Source: Nitrospirota bacterium | GTDB taxonomy: Bacteria; Nitrospirota; Thermodesulfovibrionia; Thermodesulfovibrionales; UBA9159 | Direction: 5' to 3' | Length of the DNA: 64,000 nucleotides | NCBI GenBank assembly: GCA_963699545.1 | Contig: CAVOUE010000003.1 | Location: 800,001-864,000, forward strand | Notes under the pieces: model-generated | The model's input: the letters and a program-made list of their open reading frames with translations, nothing else | The model's database searches: none | What the model was told of the DNA's origin: nothing | Program-made: the position numbers and the translations under genes | In this document: in pieces, positions 10,450 to 19,329 of the stretch | Position numbering within the stretch: position 1 is the stretch's first letter | Layout: each line of letters opens with the position of its first letter

Positions 10450-12257
10450 ATGTCAACGAAAAGGTATACCCAGAGGTTTCTCTCTCTCCTCGTGATCCTG
10501 TCACTGGCGATGTTTATCGCAGTCACATCGGCATTCGCGGAACCCTGGAAGTTCGGCGTAATGTCCGACACTCAGTGGAAGACCTCCCCAGATGCGAAGA
10601 ATCCAAACACTGTGGCGGTCGGACCGATCATTCACCTCAACCAGGAATTCAAGAACCACGGTGTCAAGTTCGTTATCCAGACCGGGGACTTGACGGAAAA
10701 CGGCAACAACCTTGAGATGGATACAACTGCAACCTTCAGGCAGGCCCTTTATAACGCCGGTATCGGCTTCTACCCGCTCCGTGGCAACCACGATACATTT
10801 GCTGCGGTCGCCACGAGTTCCAGGCGTCTTCCCGCAGACCCAGACCGGGTAAACAACCAGACTCCTACCGACGCGCTGGTCACCACCCCCTATTACGGCA
10901 ACCCCATCGACCCGGCGAACCCATATAACCTGTTCAACACGAACACCACCTTCACTGTCGGGTCCAATTTCAGCAGCCCGACGGACATTGACCCTAACTA
11001 TGCCGGGTCTGACTTACTCGTTCGATTACGACAATGCCCGTTTCGTGATGCTGGACGGTTTTACGATACCGAACATTGCCTGTAATCTGATTGAGAACCA
11101 GCAGCCCTGGATATCGAGCACGCTTTCGACCAGGCCGGCAGAGACTCCCATGCCTTTGTATTTTCCCACAAAGGCCTGATCACTGAAAACCATACGGATA
11201 TCCTCTTTACGCTCCGGGCAAGTGCAACGGCAGCAGCACCAGCAGCAATCCTTCCGTCAAACCTGCTGAGCAGAATGCGTTTATGAGCAGCCTGTTCAAC
11301 AACGGCGTCCGGTATCTCATGAACGGCCACGACCACATGCACAACCGGGCTATTGTCGACGAGCCCGGACGCCCTCTCGACAGGTACAGAACATCACCAC
11401 CTCCTCCAACAGCTACAAGTTCTATATTCCGCTTGATCCCGTCGAACGACGAAACGTTCAAAGCTGACCTACGGCATCACGCAACGCTTTCCCCGGGAGA
11501 CCGGAGATCGCTCAGGAGCTCTTCACCGTCGGCTACTACATCGTCACGGTGGACGGACCGCGGGTGACCGTGGACCACTACTCTTCGCCGAACGGTTGCA
11601 ATGGCGACTGCGACCAGACCAACGATCGTAATTCCTACACCTTCACCAAGCGCGAGACCTTCGGCTACAGCCTCAACGGCCAGGAATTCCTTGGTTGGCA
11701 GGGCGAGTCCTACACGGCTGTTCAGGACAGCTTCGAGGGCACGACTGCGAAGATCCTTGGCTGGCGTCAACGGCAGCACGGCAACGGTCTATGACGGCCG
11801 CGCAATGACCAAGGCCGTCAATACCGGGTGGACCTCGGGTCAGAAGCTGATGACATGGACTACAGTGCCAGCCACAGGTGGCCGTGGTTCTCTAAGAAGC
11901 GCTACCAGAGGAAGGATGACGAAATGCCTGCCAGCGATATCCTCACCCTCTGGGGCATGGCCGACCTCGGGAGCGACCAGACCGACGTGTACACGCTCTC
12001 GATGAGCTATGACCACCACAAATTGCTCCCCATTCAACTCGGGAAAGGGCCTGTTGGGCCTTGCAACGAGGGATGAGAACGGCGACTGGGTCAACGCCGT
12101 GGATATGAACTTCGGCGGCACCAAGAAATTCGTCCTCGGCCCCTGGAAGCCCGGCTACGAGCTCGGCACATACGGTATCGACCTGAAAACACACACCGCC
12201 TGGGCGGTCATTAACTACAATGGCGATTTCGCCGTCGCCGGGTTCAGACATTTTTGA
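10450..12257 (+). CDS. secreted calcineurin-like metallophosphoesterase (multiple frameshifts)
   Basis: Signal peptide (..TSAFA-EP). SDTQ, TGDL, RGNHD and GHDH motifs. The C-terminus ...AWAVINYNGDFAVAGFRHF ends at 12257. Confidence 0.75.
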
Positions 12258-12327
12258 TGAAGATAGGTGACAGGAAGAAGTAGGAAGCTGACCCTGAAAG
12301 ATAAGGGTGCGATTCATCCGCAGGAAG

Positions 12328-12361
12328 GGAGCCCGTGAAAGTTCTCACGGGCTCCGTTTTT
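12328..12361 (+). terminator. intrinsic terminator
   Basis: GGAGCCCGTGA-AAGTTC-TCACGGGCTCC followed by GTTTTT, between convergent genes. Confidence 0.8.
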
Positions 12362-12391
12362 ATGGCCTGTTCAGGTGGATTTCACCATCCC

Positions 12392-12782
12392 TCATTCATT
12401 CTTTGCAGCTGATGTGGTTCTCCCTGCAGGCTTCCTCGCAGGCTTCTTCCTGAGAGGTGCCTTTCTTTGTCTCTTTTTCGGCTTTCCCTCAAGTTTCATA
12501 ATTTCATCCTGCAGTTTTCCGATTCTGGCTTTAATGGCTTTGACCTTGCTGTCGGACATCGGATTCTTCACCTTTGAACTCAAATCATACACTCTTCCAC
12601 CAAGCTCCGCTATCTCCTTCTGCACTTTTGTCTGCAAGTCAAAAAGCTTATAACGTCTTTTCCCTTCCTCAGTGAGTTCTTCTGCTTTTTTCTGCACAAC
12701 CGCGGCACCTTCTTTGACAAAGAGTGATGCTTTCCTCGACACCTGTTTGCAAATCCTTCTTGATCTTTTCCCAGAAGTTCAT
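12392..12782 (-). CDS. coiled-coil protein with basic Lys/Arg/Pro-rich tail, loosely phasin-like (1 frameshift)
   Basis: SD GAGGAGAAGG; MNFWEKIKKDLQTG... continuing into KEGAAVVQKKAEELTEEGKRR...RKKPARKPAGR. Confidence 0.6.
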
Positions 12783-12805
12783 AGTCCTTCCTCCTCTCAT
12801 TGACT

Positions 12806-13144
12806 CTATTCTTCTAACCCTCCCCCTCCCAATGCCGTTACAACCTTTTCAGCCACTTCAAGGGCCTTTTCAGTGGCTTTCTCTATATACTGATCGCACG
12901 TTTCTGCCTTTGCAAGACAAAAATAACCATACTTCTCCAGAATACCGATGACCTGTTCACAGTTGATCTTCTTTTCATCAAAGTGTAGTACTGCACTTCC
13001 GGTGACCGTATGGGTCTCCACAGCGGTTATTCCCTCAATTCCTTTTATAAACGTTTGAAACTGCTCAGCCTTTTCCGGGTTTTCCCGAATCACCGGGGTT
13101 TCGATCCTTATCCTGCCGGGCACATAATGAATATAATATTCCAT
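12806..13144 (-). CDS. HMA2-like domain protein
   Basis: MEYYIHYVPGRIRIETP...GITAVETHTVTGSAVLHFD; SD GGGAGG. Confidence 0.75.
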   Translation of the reverse strand: MEYYIHYVPGRIRIETPVIRENPEKAEQFQTFIKGIEGITAVETHTVTGSAVLHFDEKKINCEQVIGILEKYGYFCLAKAETCDQYIEKATEKALEVAEKVVTALGGGGLEE

Positions 13145-13244
13145 TTCCCGTCCTCCCGTCTCGGACAGCATAGAACAGCTGTCAACTTCTTCTATTTTAG
13201 CAGCCACACCCTTTATTCTCAATATACTTTATGTCCTAAGGCAT

Positions 13245-13263
13245 TATGAGAATCCATTTTCAA
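13245..13263. promoter_or_regulatory. Fur/PerR-box-like imperfect palindrome
   Basis: TATGAGAATCCATTTTCAA about 100 bp upstream of the HMA2 gene at 13144. Confidence 0.4.
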
Positions 13264-13491
13264 CCCGCAGTCTGCAACGTTATGGCTTTGGATAGTATAG
13301 CAACAAGACATATCTTGTCGTCCTTTATGGAGGAGTATTCAGCTAGGGCTTGTTTGATTTGCGTTTGGAAATCAGACCACCAGAGACTTTAGTGATGTGA
13401 ATTATGTTTTATTGTCATTCAGGAAATAAATAAGGAAGGAATATGAGCAGGCAGTCTGGGCGAGCCCTTGCAGGGAACGGGATGAAAAAAT

Positions 13492-13864
13492 CTATATCAG
13501 GAGAGTGATAAGAGACAATGCAGATCCTTCCAGTGCCGTTTCTAGAAAGGTACCGAAGATGGCTCTCCCCACCACATCTCCTGCTTTGGAAGCGGCTCTG
13601 TGGATGTACTGGTCGTTTGTCAAGGCCTTTGATGTGTCAAAATAGCCTTTTCTCTGAAGGAGACTCACGATGTCATCGTGATGTATGGTCTTGGGGTTAT
13701 AATTCACAAGAATGCTTCCGGTAGTCAGGTTAATATCTACCGTTGCTATCCCCTGCATGGTGCTCAAGCTCTTCCTGATATCATCAGCGATATCCTGATT
13801 CCTCTCTGACCAAAGGGCTTTTCACCCTCAGCCTTCCGGGAACGTTATGGATGTAATAGCTCAT
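13492..13864 (-). CDS. HMA2-like domain protein (1 frameshift)
   Basis: MSYYIHNVPGRLRVKSP (ATG 13864) joins STMQGIATVDINLTTGSILVNYNP; hydrophobic C-terminus. Confidence 0.7.
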
Positions 13865-14159
13865 CTTTTTCCTCCTTTATCCTGAATTTCCTGTACTCTC
13901 TGCATTCCGGATATCCTGAGCATCTGAACCGTATAACCTCTCCCTCAATCTTGTAGACATTCATGCTCTTTCCGCAGGCGGGACAGACCGGTTTGCCCTT
14001 TACCGATAACTTCTTGGCATTCTTGGTAAACTGCATGCCGCACATCATGCAAAGGAATCTCTCTTTTCCGGTCCAGGCCTTTCCGTATTTATATACTGCA
14101 TCCGAAGCGCAATCCGGGCATTTGGCATTGAGTTTCTCGATTACGGCTTGTGCTTCCAT
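13845..14159 (-). CDS. double zinc-ribbon protein (IS1 InsA-like and topoisomerase C4-like ribbons)
   Basis: CPDCAS..YKYGK...RFLCMMCG and CPACGKSM...FRCSGYPEC. Confidence 0.65.
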   Translation of the reverse strand: MEAQAVIEKLNAKCPDCASDAVYKYGKAWTGKERFLCMMCGMQFTKNAKKLSVKGKPVCPACGKSMNVYKIEGEVIRFRCSGYPECREYRKFRIKEEKDELLHP

Positions 14160-14180
14160 ATTTATATTTAATCAAATGAT

Positions 14181-14219
14181 TTTTACAGCATTATTAAGGG
14201 ATTGTTACATTTTCGTTAC
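14181..14219 (-). promoter_or_regulatory. Pho-box-like array (4 half-sites, 11-bp period)
   Basis: Minus strand GTAACG-N5-GTAACA-N5-TTAATA-N5-GTAAAA. Confidence 0.55.
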
Positions 14220-14409
14220 ATTTCAGTGTTTCAGCAGCGGTCTCCCGCAATAGGGAGATATAGATTGCGCATACTTCATAGTGTCTCCCCATGCAGAGCC
14301 GAATGTCAGCCCCTTGTATAGACCTGACCAACTTGTTCAGCACGTTGCATTTTGCCCCATTCGAGCTTCCCTCAAGGTACTGACAAAGCATTCCTCTTGA
14401 CTGGTACAT
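14194..14409 (-). CDS. small Cys-rich hypothetical protein
   Basis: SD AAGGAGG; MYQSRGMLCQYL...AKCNV...RLCMGRHYEVC. Confidence 0.6.
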   Translation of the reverse strand: MYQSRGMLCQYLEGSSNGAKCNVLNKLVRSIQGADIRLCMGRHYEVCAIYISLLRETAAETLKCNENVTIP

Positions 14410-14452
14410 TACTTCCTCCTTTTCTTTCTCTTTACAACTATACAATCTTATC

Positions 14453-14480
14453 TGTTACAGCATTGTTACAAGAATATTAA
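14453..14480 (-). promoter_or_regulatory. Pho-box-like array (3 half-sites)
   Basis: Minus strand TTAATA-N5-GTAACA-N5-GTAACA. Confidence 0.6.
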
Positions 14481-14569
14481 ATTTCTGAGAAAAGACATAA
14501 AAGGGGAAATCAGTAATCATGCTGACTGCCTGAGAAAGTCTTTTGATCCATCTTAAACCCTCTGTTACG

Positions 14570-14737
14570 CTACGCAACTCTTCTGCATGCCATACCCGTT
14601 GAGATGAAATAGAGAGAAATGAAAACCTTGCATTTCTCCCACTCTCCCATCAAACAGCATTTTTTGTCAGCACACGGTATCCTTTCCGGCTCGATACCTG
14701 CCACTTCACAAATCCCCTTCTTGAAACTTGGACACAT
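14570..14737 (-). CDS. small Cys-rich hypothetical protein
   Basis: MCPSFKKGICEVAG...PCADKKCC..WEKCKVF; SD GGGGGGTG. Confidence 0.5.
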   Translation of the reverse strand: MCPSFKKGICEVAGIEPERIPCADKKCCLMGEWEKCKVFISLYFISTGMACRRVA

Positions 14738-14820
14738 TTCGATCACCCCCCCTATGTCATTACCCCAACCCGCTTCACAGGATAAATCTTGGCTGTCTGC
14801 AGTCAAGGTTATCATCGAGA

Positions 14821-14848
14821 TGTTACAGCATGATGAAGCAGAGGTTAA
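14821..14848 (-). promoter_or_regulatory. Pho-box-like array (3 half-sites)
   Basis: Minus strand TTAACC-N5-TTCATC-N5-GTAACA. Confidence 0.55.
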
Positions 14849-15369
14849 TTTTCTTAGGCAAGGAATTTTAAGGCACGTAAATAAATTGAAGTTACATGCT
14901 GTTGAGGAATGTTACTTAAGACTATAATTCAATATGTTAAGCATAAATCCAAAATAGAAACCCTTTGCAAGAATGGCTCTGAGCGGTCCTGGATCCAGCC
15001 CTCCTGCCAATCCCGCCACTCTCTCAGGCTATCTCTCTTCGTCCGAATTGCTGCTCTTCTTGAACACCTCAGGATCTATGTTCCCCGACCCGGGCCCTCC
15101 GCACTCCGGAATATAACAGGTAACGTCAACGTACTCACACTTTTCTTTGCATGAAGGACAAAGGTCCGGCGGAACATCCGCTTTCATCGTGTAGCCGCAT
15201 TTATTACATTTCCAGAAGTCATACCTGCCTCCTTCTTTACCGCTGCGTTAACACTAGTATATCAGGTCCAGGTCGAGCGTACATGAAGCTGCTTTTTGTT
15301 GACTTAAACGCGCGAATTCTAATATCATGTCCGGAGAGGACCAAGATCGAATTTATGAGGAGGATACGT

Positions 15370-16383
15370 ATGAAAAGGCTCGGCAGCTTGCTCATCATGG
15401 GAGTAACGGCGCTCTCTCTTTTGTGTTTCCAGACGGGATGTGGAGGAGGCGGTGGCGCAAGTACTTCAAGAGAAGGCGGGCCGGACGCATCGCTTACGGC
15501 ATCCAATGCCGGACAGGTCGGCGACACGGTCACTCAGGCAGTGAAACTGGTGGCCCCGGCTGCTGCTCTGGGAGACCTGAAGACCTCGAGTGTTTCCCCG
15601 GAGAAAAGACCGCCGCTGCTGAGCATCCTTGAAAAAATTCTGCCGGTCTCCGCAAAGAGCATACAAGCGAAGCATATGAGCGGCGTTTCTGTATTCAACG
15701 AAACGTGCGCCAACGGAGGGAGCATTACGGTAACTATAACCGGTGTGGATCTGTTGAAAGAACTGATCATTGGCGACGTCAACGTCAGCTCATGCACGAT
15801 CGGGGCACAGACGTTGAACGGCACAATGCACGTGGAGTATATTGTCGGTTCAACTGATGCCCTTACGAATCCCACGCTCGATAACCTCAAGAACTTCAAG
15901 AAGGTCACTGTCACCACCTCTGCTTTCACCTATGTGAACACTACGAATACCGATAACGTGACCCTGAACGATCTTGTCCTGGTATTGCAGGATTTCACCT
16001 ATGACGGAAATGTCCTTACCGGTGGTTCGATCACATTGGGAGGCGTTGCAACCGGGACCATTGATGGCGAAGTGGTGGATATCGAGTGTGACAGCTTCGG
16101 GCTTGTGTTCAGTGCGGACCCCTCGGGTACAGCTGTGTCAGTATCGGGGAGAATAAAGGCCGCATGCCTTGGCGGCTGGGTGACCATGGTCACGAACCAG
16201 TCAGTGTTCCTCCCTGCGAATGCCCATTGTCCTACAGCAGGGGACATCGCTGTCTCTGCCGGTGCAGATACGGTAACAGTGCATGTTGCCGCAGATGCCA
16301 GGATAACCATTTCCTTTAACGGCAATGCAGTGAAGACGTATAACACTTGCAGCGAAGTGAAAGGCCTCTGTGTAAAACCGTGA
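15370..16383 (+). CDS. hypothetical lipoprotein (beta-rich, several Cys)
   Basis: SD GAGGAGG; signal peptide with lipobox-like QTG-C followed by poly-Gly. Confidence 0.7.
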   Translation: MKRLGSLLIMGVTALSLLCFQTGCGGGGGASTSREGGPDASLTASNAGQVGDTVTQAVKLVAPAAALGDLKTSSVSPEKRPPLLSILEKILPVSAKSIQAKHMSGVSVFNETCANGGSITVTITGVDLLKELIIGDVNVSSCTIGAQTLNGTMHVEYIVGSTDALTNPTLDNLKNFKKVTVTTSAFTYVNTTNTDNVTLNDLVLVLQDFTYDGNVLTGGSITLGGVATGTIDGEVVDIECDSFGLVFSADPSGTAVSVSGRIKAACLGGWVTMVTNQSVFLPANAHCPTAGDIAVSAGADTVTVHVAADARITISFNGNAVKTYNTCSEVKGLCVKP

Positions 16384-16435
16384 AGGAGGCGAGCCTCCTC
16401 TCTTTCACTGAATACGGTAAGGCAAGGAAGCACCG

Positions 16436-17287
16436 TTGATGTTTGACGATGAAAATATCACGCTGAAGAACAAGATCGCCGAGCTCAAGGAGCGCCTGAA
16501 TCAGATATATTCCCAGTCCGCTGTCGAGGCCGGCAAGAGCAAGGCATTTGAGAGCGAGTTCTCCCTGTATGTGAAGGCTTGTGAGCATGCCCGGTCCGAG
16601 CAGAGGGAAGGTGTCAGGCTTCAGCACGATGCTACAAAATTCGGGCTGGCGGTCCTGACCCTTTTTTTTGTGATCACCGTTTACGGCTTTACCAGACACG
16701 TTCTTCTCGGCATGCTTATGCTTTTGGGATACGGGATGGTTTCGTGCGGGTTCATGTACGTGCTTCTGGCGGGAGAAATACGGATAACGAGGGCGAGAGA
16801 GTATTGTCTTGCGCTGGAAACCTACTTTAAGCGCTACCGTTGGGCCGGTGAACAAAAGGAAGCCCTTACGTTGCCGGGGATCCCATTGTGGGAAGGATAC
16901 AGGAGCGCATGGGGGAAAGATCTTTTTGCTGAAGGTCCCTACGGAAGAACAGCCCTCTATGCTCCCTTTCGGATCGCGCTGACATTGGCAGATCTGCTGG
17001 CCTTTGCGTATCTGGGTTACTCGTTCATTGCTCACCGGTCCGAGCTCTCATGGATCACGATGACGATCGGCTGTATCGCATGGGTCATGGCGGTTGCCGT
17101 GCAGATGCTTCTCGTGCATGCGATAATCAACAAAGGTGGCGGAAGACTGGCAATAGAGAAAGAAAGGCCGGAGGAATATCAAGAGGAAAGGACCGGCCGG
17201 CAAGCCGTCACGTGGGGCACAATGCTCAGGCTTTTTCTTGGCCTGGATATAATCTTCCCTGAAGAAATCGAGAAGGAGCCTCATTGA
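16436..17287 (+). CDS. hypothetical membrane protein (~4 TM)
   Basis: 283-aa ORF with an N-terminal coiled coil and four hydrophobic segments. Confidence 0.6.
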   Translation: MMFDDENITLKNKIAELKERLNQIYSQSAVEAGKSKAFESEFSLYVKACEHARSEQREGVRLQHDATKFGLAVLTLFFVITVYGFTRHVLLGMLMLLGYGMVSCGFMYVLLAGEIRITRAREYCLALETYFKRYRWAGEQKEALTLPGIPLWEGYRSAWGKDLFAEGPYGRTALYAPFRIALTLADLLAFAYLGYSFIAHRSELSWITMTIGCIAWVMAVAVQMLLVHAIINKGGGRLAIEKERPEEYQEERTGRQAVTWGTMLRLFLGLDIIFPEEIEKEPH

Positions 17288-17356
17288 ACGGAAAAGCGGG
17301 TCGCTGTCGACAGAACCATTCAGGACATGTACAGTGTGAACGGTGATCTGTTCGAT

Positions 17357-17719
17357 ATGAAGAGAATAGGTATGCTACTTCTGCTTTGTCTGGCGTCCCC
17401 GGCCTATGCCGATCCTTCCATCGAATTTGTGAACGAGACGCATGATTTCGGTCATGTGACGCAAGGGGAACTGCAGGAGCATTTCTTTGAGTTTACCAAT
17501 ACGGGAACTGACGAACTGGTCATAGAAAGAGTTGAGTCCTCATGAGAATGCACTGCTGCGATGGCTGGTTCCAGCCATCTTAAGCCTGGCGAAAGAGGAA
17601 CTATAAGGGCACAACTTGACACCAGAAGCAGAATAGGCACAATCGTCAGGACAGTTCAGGTGTTTACCAATGATCCTAAGAGACCGCGAGTGATCCTGAC
17701 CTTAAAGGCCGACATTTAG
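17357..17719 (+). CDS. DUF1573 domain protein, probable selenoprotein (U-x-C)
   Basis: Signal peptide, HDFGHV and FEFTNTGTDELVIERVESS-TGA-ECTAA...LKPGERG...VFTNDP. TGA 17543-17545 sits at the first Cys of the usual SCGCT motif, and the frame continues to TAG 17719. Confidence 0.8.
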
Positions 17720-17777
17720 AAAATCCAAATAAAGTAACACCAACCTTCTTATGTTACGATAATAGTCCAAGTCCCTG

Positions 17778-18464
17778 TCAGATAATAGTTTCGAGCTCGG
17801 TCAGGAGGTAATATGCTTCCCTTCGCTCATGGTCTGTGATCCCAGGGCTCAGGACGATCTCCTTCGCTCTCTCTATGACGCCAAGCTTTAATCCCCTTGC
17901 CAAAATGGCGAGGTCGATCCCTGCATTCCTGCCCATCTCCTTCAGGACCGTCTCTCCGATGGCCGGTGCTACGAGCGTCAGGAAGGAGGACAGCAGGGTG
18001 AATGCAACGGGAAAGGCATCCTCTTTTTCAGCTCTCTCGGCGAAATCCACGACCGACTTCAATATCTCTGTCAGCAGTTCCGGACTGTAGTCGCGGCTGT
18101 CCCTGAACGGATTGCTGCCCCGGGCGGCTGCCTGGCCTCTGTTCAAATATTCATTGCGTTCATTTTTGTGCTGTTCATAGCTCTGTAATATGCATTTGAC
18201 AAAGGCATCGGCAAACTCCCTGCAGTGTTTCCTGATCATACCCCTGAAGGGCCCCTCCGTATTCCATTTCCTGAGAAGCCCGTAGGAGATCCCCAGCTCC
18301 GTCGCCACGGTGATCTGCTTGTCAGCAGTGAGCATATAAAGGGTGGCTAGATACTTTTTCCTGGAGAATCCGATGCGCCGCCCCCTGGACGTCCCCCTCC
18401 GCCCGGGCTCAACGTATGCCCTGGTCTGTTCCTCAATGAAGCTCTCCAGTAGAGTATTTTCCAT
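17778..18464 (-). CDS. hypothetical protein with N-terminal HTH-like motif
   Basis: DKQITVATELGISYGLLRKW resembles a helix-turn-helix. Confidence 0.6.
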   Translation of the reverse strand: MENTLLESFIEEQTRAYVEPGRRGTSRGRRIGFSRKKYLATLYMLTADKQITVATELGISYGLLRKWNTEGPFRGMIRKHCREFADAFVKCILQSYEQHKNERNEYLNRGQAAARGSNPFRDSRDYSPELLTEILKSVVDFAERAEKEDAFPVAFTLLSSFLTLVAPAIGETVLKEMGRNAGIDLAILARGLKLGVIERAKEIVLSPGITDHERREAYYLLTELETII

Positions 18465-18660
18465 GAAAGACCATGTAAATAAATAACTAATAACATAGTA
18501 TATGATAGTGTTACTTATGTCAAGTTGGGCGGTCGTCAGGCGGGGCTTAAAGCATCCGCCAAAGGGGAAGAATCACCCCGCAACTTCCTGAGACGGAAAG
18601 GGCGCGCCCACTGATTTTCCGCCTTTTGCAGGAGCACACGATTTATGCTATGCTTTTTCC

Positions 18661-19329
18661 ATGGACGAACGGAGGAACTACCAGAGGTTTGTGGTGGAGG
18701 GAGTGGAAGGCACCCTCATGTTCGCCACTGACGTTGATATCATCAACGTCAGCATAAACGGCATCGCGCTGAAGGCCAACAGAAGGCTCGAGATCGGCAG
18801 GGAATACACCCTCAAGCTTGAATTTCAGGATAAGGTCATAGCTCTGAACGGTATCGTTGTCTGGTCGGTGCTGAGCGAACTTGGAAGAGGACAGCATGAG
18901 GAAAAGGTTCCGATCTACAAGGCAGGGATGCGCTTCACCAACGTTATATCGGAAAAGATGGAGAGCCTCCTCGATTTTATTGATGAGCACAAGGTTGCGC
19001 CGGAACACAGAGTGACCGTCAGGTTCGATGTCAGGTCGCCCGACCGGGCCAGTCTGAACGGCCCCCACACCTATAAGGTCAAGAAAGTGAGCGATGGAGG
19101 CATGCTTATAGAGACAGACCAGCCGTTCAATGTTGAGGAATCATTGCCCATGGAAATATCCCTTCAGGACGATACGACGATCCGTTTTGTGGGGCGCGTC
19201 GCCTCCTGCCATGAGATCACCAAGGAACCCCCGAAACGCTATGCCATCGGGATAGAGTTCAAGGAAATATCAGCAGCCGATAAGGCCAGAGTCACGGAGT
19301 TCATCAAGTCCCTGCGTCCCGCTCAGTAA
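18661..19329 (+). CDS. tandem PilZ domain protein
   Basis: ERRNYQRF and INVSINGI in domain 1; KVSDGGMLI...IGIEF in domain 2. Confidence 0.85.
   Translation: MDERRNYQRFVVEGVEGTLMFATDVDIINVSINGIALKANRRLEIGREYTLKLEFQDKVIALNGIVVWSVLSELGRGQHEEKVPIYKAGMRFTNVISEKMESLLDFIDEHKVAPEHRVTVRFDVRSPDRASLNGPHTYKVKKVSDGGMLIETDQPFNVEESLPMEISLQDDTTIRFVGRVASCHEITKEPPKRYAIGIEFKEISAADKARVTEFIKSLRPAQ

Noticed and set aside
13845-14159. IS1 element (InsA-like zinc ribbon)
   Set aside because: No InsB/DDE domain or terminal inverted repeats seen. It has a second, topoisomerase-like ribbon and overlaps an HMA2 gene as if in an operon.
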